Shown here: one piece after another, positions 58,538 to 64,000 of the stretch
How positions within the stretch are numbered: position 1 is the stretch's first letter
Layout: the number at the start of each line of letters is the position of its first letter
IMG/VR virus record: IMGVR_UViG_3300008261_003175
Length of the DNA: 64,000 nucleotides
From: a virus
Direction: 5' to 3' (one strand)
Translations under genes and position numbers: made by a program
Notes under the pieces: generated by a model
Database searches by the model: none
What the model saw: the letters and a program-made list of their open reading frames with translations, nothing else
Told to the model about the DNA's origin: nothing

Positions 58538-59068
58538 ATGAAAAAAACAGTATTGCTATTAGCAGTAATTTTGGGATCACTCTCATTGACAACTGTAAGT
58601 GCTCAAAAAAATTCCGCAATTCTAAGTGGAACGGTATCTTACACAAAAGCAACTGATGTTAAAGCATCTTATGGTATCAATCCTTTGATAGGATATTTCG
58701 TAACAAACAAAGTTGCAGTAGGCGTATTAGGTGGATTCGAAAAGATCGATTCTGAAAATGAATCAACATCAGTTGGAGTATTCGGCAGATGCCATTTTTT
58801 GAACATCGGTAAAAATTGCGTAGTATTCTCACAAGTAGACGTAACTACAAATTCAGTAACTGAAGCTAACGTAAAAACAAAGTCTACTAATGCAAATTTA
58901 GGATTTGGTGCAAATTACATGATTACAAAGAAACTAGATCTTACTATGCAAGTTGCTGATTTGGCGAACTACGAAAATTCAAACTCTAAATCAGTTTTCA
59001 CATTGGGTTTTGCTGGGATCAATAATCCTTTCTCGGCTTCAAAGTTCGGTGTGATTTATAAATTCTAA
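58538..59068 (+). CDS. outer-membrane beta-barrel protein (small, about 8-stranded)
   Basis: Sec signal ending VSA|Q; alternating amphipathic strands; C-terminal GVIYKF beta-signal. Confidence 0.8.
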   Translation: MKKTVLLLAVILGSLSLTTVSAQKNSAILSGTVSYTKATDVKASYGINPLIGYFVTNKVAVGVLGGFEKIDSENESTSVGVFGRCHFLNIGKNCVVFSQVDVTTNSVTEANVKTKSTNANLGFGANYMITKKLDLTMQVADLANYENSNSKSVFTLGFAGINNPFSASKFGVIYKF

Positions 59069-59115
59069 ACAGTACTTATATCGCTTACCGTAAGATTAGC
59101 GTATGAGTCAATATT

Positions 59116-59142
59116 GGCAGTCAGCAATGGCTGCCTTTTTTT
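59116..59142 (+). terminator. intrinsic terminator
   Basis: GGCAGTCA-GCAA-TGGCTGCC plus T7. Confidence 0.88.
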
Positions 59143-59226
59143 ATGTTTACGCATATTTATACTTGAACATATTAATCAGTTATAGAAATTGTTGCGTATT
59201 AATAAACAATTTTAAATAACAGTAGT

Positions 59227-59502
59227 ATGACTTTTAAAAAATGGATTATCCAACTCTTCAAAGATGAAAGAGGATCGGTATCAATCAAACCAGTAGTAGC
59301 ATTCATCGGCGCAATGTTCTTATGCGTAACGATGATAATCAATTCATTCTCCCACGAAGATTTCAAACCAGCAGATGCTTTAGTTGAAGCAGTAATGATT
59401 ATTACTTGCATTGGATTAGGTGCTGACAGTATTGACAAGTTCTCTCACAAAAAAGTTGCGGAAACAACAACTCCAGAAGAACCTCAACCCCCAGTAGAAT
59501 AA
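59227..59502 (+). CDS. two-TM membrane protein, holin/antiholin candidate
   Basis: Two hydrophobic helices; first gene of the unit that ends in the endolysin. Confidence 0.5.
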   Translation: MTFKKWIIQLFKDERGSVSIKPVVAFIGAMFLCVTMIINSFSHEDFKPADALVEAVMIITCIGLGADSIDKFSHKKVAETTTPEEPQPPVE

Positions 59503-59503
59503 A

Positions 59504-59803
59504 ATGGCAAAGAAATCAACAGTAGAGACAGTTGCAGGTACTGTAAAGCCGCCAATCTCTTTTAAAGAGTTCGCGAAGGAACCTGTAAAGGGCTTAATGT
59601 TTATATGCATTATAGCAGTAGGTTATCTATACGTTGATATTAAAATGACTAACTCAGCAACACAAAAGCAATTAAATGAAAAAATTACTGTACTGGAAGC
59701 AAAAGTTGATCAACTTACTGACCAACTTAGAAAATCAGACAGTACGCTTTCAGCGGCAGCTTCAAAAATAGCAGTCCTTCAAGAACTAGGTAAAATCAAA
59801 TAA
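59504..59803 (+). CDS. single-TM coiled-coil protein, inner-membrane spanin candidate
   Basis: TM GLMFICIIAVGYLYV followed by a long heptad region. Confidence 0.45.
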   Translation: MAKKSTVETVAGTVKPPISFKEFAKEPVKGLMFICIIAVGYLYVDIKMTNSATQKQLNEKITVLEAKVDQLTDQLRKSDSTLSAAASKIAVLQELGKIK

Positions 59804-59804
59804 A

Positions 59805-60923
59805 ATGAAAAACCTATCAAAAGAGGAGCTGTTAAGTAGAATGGAGGCGATAAACAGGAGCAACGCCCTTATCTACTTTGATCTTAACGGAAAAATTTTA
59901 GGCGTTAATTCGATTTTTCTGACAGCGATGGGGTATGGAGCAGAGGAGCACGATGAAATTATCGGTAAACACCACAGTATTTTTGTATGTGAAAACTATG
60001 CAAGATCTGTAGAATACGAAAAGTTCTGGGATATACTAAGAAGCGGTAAGTACTATAGTGGAGAATTTGAAAGAAGAAAGAGAGACGGTAGCCTCATCAG
60101 CCTACAAGCGACCTACAATCCTATTTTTGATGATAGCGGTAAGATTACTAAAATAATGAAAGTAGCTACTGACATCACTGCGATTGTGGATAGTAAAAGA
60201 CAATTAGAAGCAATTAACAGAAGTACCGCAAGTATTACTTTTAATGCTGGTGGGTTTATTTTAGATGCGAATGATATGTTTTTAGAAGCAATGGGATATA
60301 AATCTAACGAGAGAAATCAAATAATAGGAAAGCATCATAGCATTTTTGTAAATTACGAATATTCAAAATCAGATGACTACATTAAGTTTTGGAAAAGATT
60401 GAACAGCGGAAAGTTTTTTAATGGAATAGTCGAAAGAAGGAAAATAGATGGTTCTATTATTTATTTACAAGCAACCTACAACCCTATCTTTGATAGCAAA
60501 GGAAACGTTACAAGTATAATTAAAATCGCTACTGACGTCACTGAAGCAATAAATAGTAAAAAAGAAATTGATTCCCTATCAGCGAATTTGCAAGTAGAGT
60601 TAGATAATTCAAAGAAGCTCAAGGATTCAATCGAAATAGAAAAGAATGCCGCTTTAAACGATTTAGATGTAATTATAAAAAAAGGACAAAGCGAATTAAT
60701 AAAAGTGATTGTTAAATGTGCTTTGGCGGTAATTATAGGAGTAGGTGTTGTTACAACTATGCTGTATTGGATGGCAATGGCTACTGGTAAAGAGACGCAG
60801 ATAATTGGATCAACTTGGAGTAACATGTTTAGTGTATTACTAACAAATGCCTTTTCAATAGTTGGTACAATCATGGGCATTAAGTATGCAACACAAGACG
60901 ATAAAAAAGATAAAACAAAATAA
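59805..60923 (+). CDS. tandem PAS-PAC sensor protein with C-terminal two-TM anchor
   Basis: Two repeats of EAINRS...N..FL.AMGY...IIGKHHSIFV...FW..L.SGK...G..ERRK.DGS.I.LQATYNPIFD..G...K.ATD; coiled coil; two TM helices; charged tail. Confidence 0.88.
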   Translation: MKNLSKEELLSRMEAINRSNALIYFDLNGKILGVNSIFLTAMGYGAEEHDEIIGKHHSIFVCENYARSVEYEKFWDILRSGKYYSGEFERRKRDGSLISLQATYNPIFDDSGKITKIMKVATDITAIVDSKRQLEAINRSTASITFNAGGFILDANDMFLEAMGYKSNERNQIIGKHHSIFVNYEYSKSDDYIKFWKRLNSGKFFNGIVERRKIDGSIIYLQATYNPIFDSKGNVTSIIKIATDVTEAINSKKEIDSLSANLQVELDNSKKLKDSIEIEKNAALNDLDVIIKKGQSELIKVIVKCALAVIIGVGVVTTMLYWMAMATGKETQIIGSTWSNMFSVLLTNAFSIVGTIMGIKYATQDDKKDKTK

Positions 60924-60924
60924 T

Positions 60925-61320
60925 ATGAAATTAACAAATGTATTACTAGCTTGTTTGATAGCAGGATGCACAAAAAACTCAGAAGTGCCTACCTCAGTGA
61001 TAACTACAACTGATAGTTTAATTGCTGTGAGTGATAGTATTGCAGCTAACGCAGAGCGCTCAGGTCAAATACTTGATTCAGTAACAACAGCTACAACTGA
61101 AAAGGTAACAGATAATGTTCAGGTATTAACCAATACTATTACAAATTACGAGACTAAAATTAAGGCTGCTACTAAAACAATAACTGTAGAGAAGATCATA
61201 CATGATACAGTTTACATAGAAACTAAAAAGAGCTTCTGGGGTAAGACTAAAACAAGTGTAACTACAAAATCAGATAGCACTCTTAATCAATTAGAGGTTA
61301 TAGATACAACACAACAATAA
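60925..61320 (+). CDS. lipoprotein, outer-membrane spanin candidate
   Basis: Start re-assigned to 60925: MKLTNVLLACLIAGC lipobox; Thr-rich with many D-S/T-x motifs. Confidence 0.65.
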   Translation: MKLTNVLLACLIAGCTKNSEVPTSVITTTDSLIAVSDSIAANAERSGQILDSVTTATTEKVTDNVQVLTNTITNYETKIKAATKTITVEKIIHDTVYIETKKSFWGKTKTSVTTKSDSTLNQLEVIDTTQQ

Positions 61321-61323
61321 TTT

Positions 61324-61656
61324 ATGTTCAGTTCATCTTCAGTTGCGATAATGATAGCAGGGGTTGCGATATCACTACTCTTTATATGTGCTGCATTATT
61401 CTTCGTTTATAAGTTATTTGCTAATAATGCTCAAGAAGTATTAGTTAGATTCATACTACTCATCTTTACAGCATTGGTTGGAGTATGGGTAGTAGATAAA
61501 GTAATAGCTTTTAAGGTCAATTTACTATCAGAACAACAAGATGGACAACTATTTGATTTAATCAAGACACTCATACTGATGATATTCAGTTATTATTTCG
61601 GAACTAAAAACACAAACAAAGATGAATGTACAGAAACTAAAGGGACACATTCCTGA
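61324..61656 (+). CDS. three-TM holin candidate
   Basis: Three hydrophobic helices, IFSYYFG, charged tail; overlaps the endolysin start. Confidence 0.55.
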   Translation: MFSSSSVAIMIAGVAISLLFICAALFFVYKLFANNAQEVLVRFILLIFTALVGVWVVDKVIAFKVNLLSEQQDGQLFDLIKTLILMIFSYYFGTKNTNKDECTETKGTHS

Positions 61657-62221
61657 CACAGTTATAGCTCAGATACCTGACGTTATGGCTAAATTTGAAA
61701 TCAACACGCCACTTCGCCTAGCCCACTTCCTAGCACAGTGCGGACACGAATCAGGTGGATTCAAAGTTGTAAACGAAAACCTAAACTACAGTGCTAAGGG
61801 TTTGTTAGGGGTATTTAAAAAGTACTTCCCTACAGGAGCTAAAGCAGCATTGTATGAGCGCAAGCCAGAAAAGATCGCTAACCTAGTTTATGGTGGTAGA
61901 ATGGGTAACGGACCTGAAACATCAGGTGAAGGATTCAAATTCCGTGGCCGTGGTTATATCCAATTAACAGGCAAAGACAACTACAAAGCATTTGATGCAG
62001 TTGTACCTGAGAACTTACTAGAGACTCCGGAGCTAGTTGCTACGAAGTATCCACTACTATCTGCCGCTTGGTTCTTCCATAAGAACGGCTTACATAAGAT
62101 TGCTGATGGTGGAGCTACAGATATTGTGGTGACTAAGGTAACAAAAAGAGTAAACGGCGGAACAATTGGTTTAGCCGATAGAATTAAGCACTTCAAAGAA
62201 TATCACGCTTTATTAGCATAA
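61622..62221 (+). CDS. GH19 (chitinase-like) endolysin
   Basis: RLAHFLAQCGHESGGF, ENLNYS, FRGRGYIQLTGKDNY, SAAWFF, VNGG..GL.DR; no signal peptide. Confidence 0.93.
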   Translation: MNVQKLKGHIPDTVIAQIPDVMAKFEINTPLRLAHFLAQCGHESGGFKVVNENLNYSAKGLLGVFKKYFPTGAKAALYERKPEKIANLVYGGRMGNGPETSGEGFKFRGRGYIQLTGKDNYKAFDAVVPENLLETPELVATKYPLLSAAWFFHKNGLHKIADGGATDIVVTKVTKRVNGGTIGLADRIKHFKEYHALLA

Positions 62222-62246
62222 AATTAATCAATGTTCGTAAAAAATT

Positions 62247-62278
62247 AGGAGACCAAATAAATAAAGGTCTCCTTTTTT
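62247..62278 (+). terminator. intrinsic terminator after the endolysin
   Basis: AGGAGACC...GGTCTCCT plus T-run. Confidence 0.75.
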
Positions 62279-62309
62279 ATTTTATAGATTATATTTAAAA
62301 TAAAAACAA

Positions 62310-62630
62310 ATGGCCTGTCACACTATTTTTATGAAAGATCAAAAAGAGTTTTTCCTTCGTATGAAGGAAAGAGATCCTGAGATTATTTTAAAAATGGTGA
62401 AATGCGTTTTAAGCGCTCATAAAAGAAAGGTTAATAAATTAAATATCTTTGAAATCGTGTTTAAAGACACAACATACATGATATTTGCGATGGAAAAATC
62501 TGAATTTAAAAACTTTTTAGGAAACTGTTTACAAGACATGATTAATATAGAAGAGTACGAAATATGCGCGCAAATCAAAAAGATAATAACCAGAAATACT
62601 AGAAAAAAGAAAGCGTCTACTGAAGAATAA
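62310..62630 (+). CDS. hypothetical protein
   Basis: 106 aa; UVR-like EEYEICAQIK C-terminal helix. Confidence 0.65.
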   Translation: MACHTIFMKDQKEFFLRMKERDPEIILKMVKCVLSAHKRKVNKLNIFEIVFKDTTYMIFAMEKSEFKNFLGNCLQDMINIEEYEICAQIKKIITRNTRKKKASTEE

Positions 62631-62669
62631 TATTTCTAGTTTTAAAAAATAAATATTAGATTAATAGTT

Positions 62670-62810
62670 ATGAAAAAGCTCCTAAGAAATTTAGATTTTT
62701 GGTTTGAATATTATGTAGGTGTTCATCTTACGAATGCAAAGAATCTAGCAAAATGGCACGATTATATTATAAACAAATACCCAGAAAAATTCAATAAAAA
62801 ACAAAAATAA
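62670..62810 (+). CDS. hypothetical protein (46 aa)
   Basis: Not in the ORF track: MKKLLRNLDFWFEYYVGVHLTNAKNLAKWHDYIINKYPEKFNKKQK; TAATG-coupled to the next gene. Confidence 0.6.
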   Translation: MKKLLRNLDFWFEYYVGVHLTNAKNLAKWHDYIINKYPEKFNKKQK

Positions 62811-63046
62811 TGGAACAACAACAAGTCAAATTAAATATTTCTTTAGATAAAACTGAAGGAGTAGTATGCGAAGTCTGTGGAAATCAAACTTTTCAAGAAG
62901 CTCTAATAATTAGAAAAGCTTCTAAGTTTTTAACAGGAACCGCTCAAGACGCAATAGTGCCTATTCCTACTTTCTCTTGCACCAAATGCGGTCACGTTAA
63001 CGAAGAATTTCTGCCTCAAGAACTAAAATCAAAAGAAGAAAAATGA
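62810..63046 (+). CDS. small zinc-ribbon protein
   Basis: CEVC...CTKC. Confidence 0.7.
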   Translation: MEQQQVKLNISLDKTEGVVCEVCGNQTFQEALIIRKASKFLTGTAQDAIVPIPTFSCTKCGHVNEEFLPQELKSKEEK

Positions 63047-63303
63047 TAAAAGATTTAGAAGTGATAACTTACGACAGTTCAAATTCCAGAACTGTACTAA
63101 AAGCAGATTCTATAGTTGATTCTATAGTAGACAAATTCATAGACAGATCTAGAGTAGGAAAAAAGAAGTACGGCACTAATTTAGATCGAACAGATTTGAG
63201 TTTAGAAGCATGGATTGAACATGCTTTAGAGGAACATATGGATGCGATACTCTACTTACAAAAAATTAAATCAGTTATCGGTGGCTCCAAAACAAAATTA
63301 TGA
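63043..63303 (+). CDS. small all-alpha protein, possible MazG-like NTP pyrophosphohydrolase
   Basis: R...G.KKYG..L...W..HA.EE.MDAILYL. Confidence 0.5.
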   Translation: MIKDLEVITYDSSNSRTVLKADSIVDSIVDKFIDRSRVGKKKYGTNLDRTDLSLEAWIEHALEEHMDAILYLQKIKSVIGGSKTKL

Positions 63304-64000
63304 TATAGATTGGGCAACTCAGAAAGGAATTAGTTATTCTCAGTACTCTTTATATAAGCAATGTCAATTTCGATGGTACTTACAATACGCAAAAAAGATC
63401 AAGGTTTTTGAACCTTCGATGCATCTTGTTTTCGGTACTGCATTCCACGAAACTCTACAGGAGTATATTAGAGTGATGTACGATCAATCAGCGAAAGCCG
63501 CGAACTCATTAGATCTGGAAACATTCTTGAAAGAGAGGATGTTAGAGAGCTACAAAGAAATCTACGACAATAACGGTAACATCCACTTCGCAAAACCAGA
63601 CGACTTCAAAGATTTCATCACTGATGGAGTTATTCTGTTAGATTGGATAAAATCCAAGAGAGCAAGGTATTTCACCCTCAAAAGCGTAGAGCTAAAAGGC
63701 ATAGAGATACCAGTAAAAGGCCTCATAACAGAGGATGCTCCAAGCATATTCATGATTGGATCTATAGATTTAGTTTTTTACGATAAAAGAGATGGTAAGT
63801 ATACTATCTACGATATAAAAACTTCTACAAGAGGTTGGTCAGAAATGGACAAAAGAGATCAAACCAAAATCAATCAGATTCTTTTATATAAGCACTACTA
63901 TTCTAAATTAATAAAAGTAGACTTAGATAAGGTAGATGTGAAATTCTTTATAGTAAAAAGAAAGCCTTACGAAAATCCTGATTTTCCTACCCATAGAGTG
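63281..64000 (+). CDS. PD-(D/E)XK nuclease (AddB/RecB-like), truncated by the window end
   Basis: Not in the ORF track; GTG start; ISYSQ...C..RWYLQY, FGTAFHETL, IEIP, GSIDLV, DIKTS, QILLY. Confidence 0.85.
   Translation, partial: MAPKQNYDIDWATQKGISYSQYSLYKQCQFRWYLQYAKKIKVFEPSMHLVFGTAFHETLQEYIRVMYDQSAKAANSLDLETFLKERMLESYKEIYDNNGNIHFAKPDDFKDFITDGVILLDWIKSKRARYFTLKSVELKGIEIPVKGLITEDAPSIFMIGSIDLVFYDKRDGKYTIYDIKTSTRGWSEMDKRDQTKINQILLYKHYYSKLIKVDLDKVDVKFFIVKRKPYENPDFPTHRV

Larger units (their letters stand above)
2605..59160 (+). promoter_or_regulatory. recurrent intergenic ATATTTAT motif, putative phage (late) promoter
   Basis: Copies at 2605, 4619 (GTATTTAT), 7551, 10819, 20526, 20582, 20919, 21212, 25548, 26185, 27240, 38304, 43213, 45659, 48421, 49534, 57175 and 59153, each upstream of a + strand start. 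Confidence 0.75.

Noticed and set aside
58460-59110. A third gene-enclosing helix around the beta-barrel gene
   Set aside because: The best cross-pairing is only about 8 bp with G-U ends (GATCTTAT/GTAAGATT), and each flank folds better locally.
398-63753. Minus-strand and nested alternative-frame ORFs in the track (for example 2937..3455, 18496..19047, 60476..60973, 57202..57399, 58328..58531, 26983..27165)
   Set aside because: They are shadows of well-supported + strand genes or RNAs and have no recognisable motifs.
1-64000. Alternative genetic code (TAG/TGA recoding, as in some Bacteroidota phages)
   Set aside because: Conserved genes are full-length in code 11, TAG and TGA terminate genes at expected C-termini (for example 26085, 31773, 43186, 48407), and no suppressor tRNA is visible.
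1-64000. CRISPR array
   Set aside because: No regularly spaced identical repeats; the 51-bp periodicity at 13082..13772 is a degenerate coding repeat.

Overview
This is a 64-kb AT-rich segment of a large lytic myovirus with T4-like virion genes. Essentially all real genes lie on the + strand. The host is most likely Bacteroidota, inferred from A-rich translation starts without Shine-Dalgarno sequences, lipoproteins carrying D-(S/T)-x O-glycosylation motifs, and DUF2452/DUF5522-like and beta-barrel genes. Gene order: (1) putative internal head proteins, prohead protease, scaffold, major capsid, PhoH and neck; (2) two fibre genes, two tandem tail-sheath paralogues, tube, frameshifted chaperone pair, tape measure and baseplate; (3) replication genes (two family-A polymerases, SSB, RecA-like, 5'-3' exonuclease, helicase, class II RNR); (4) Hsp20/GroES/GroEL; (5) a nucleotide/base-modification cluster; (6) an RNA cluster (aberrant tRNA-like RNA, tRNA-Met, tmRNA); (7) an outer-membrane beta-barrel and a lysis cassette. 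Four observations stand out. A tandem-PAS sensor fused to a holin-like 2-TM tail sits inside the lysis cassette, a candidate for environmentally gated lysis. A dCMP-hydroxymethylase-type enzyme lies with PLP and SGNH-like enzymes, a candidate new cytosine hypermodification. Two genes are each enclosed by a long-range RNA helix with G-U pairs. A repeated ATATTTAT motif precedes many genes and looks like a promoter. All calls come from reading motifs by eye; no searches were run.
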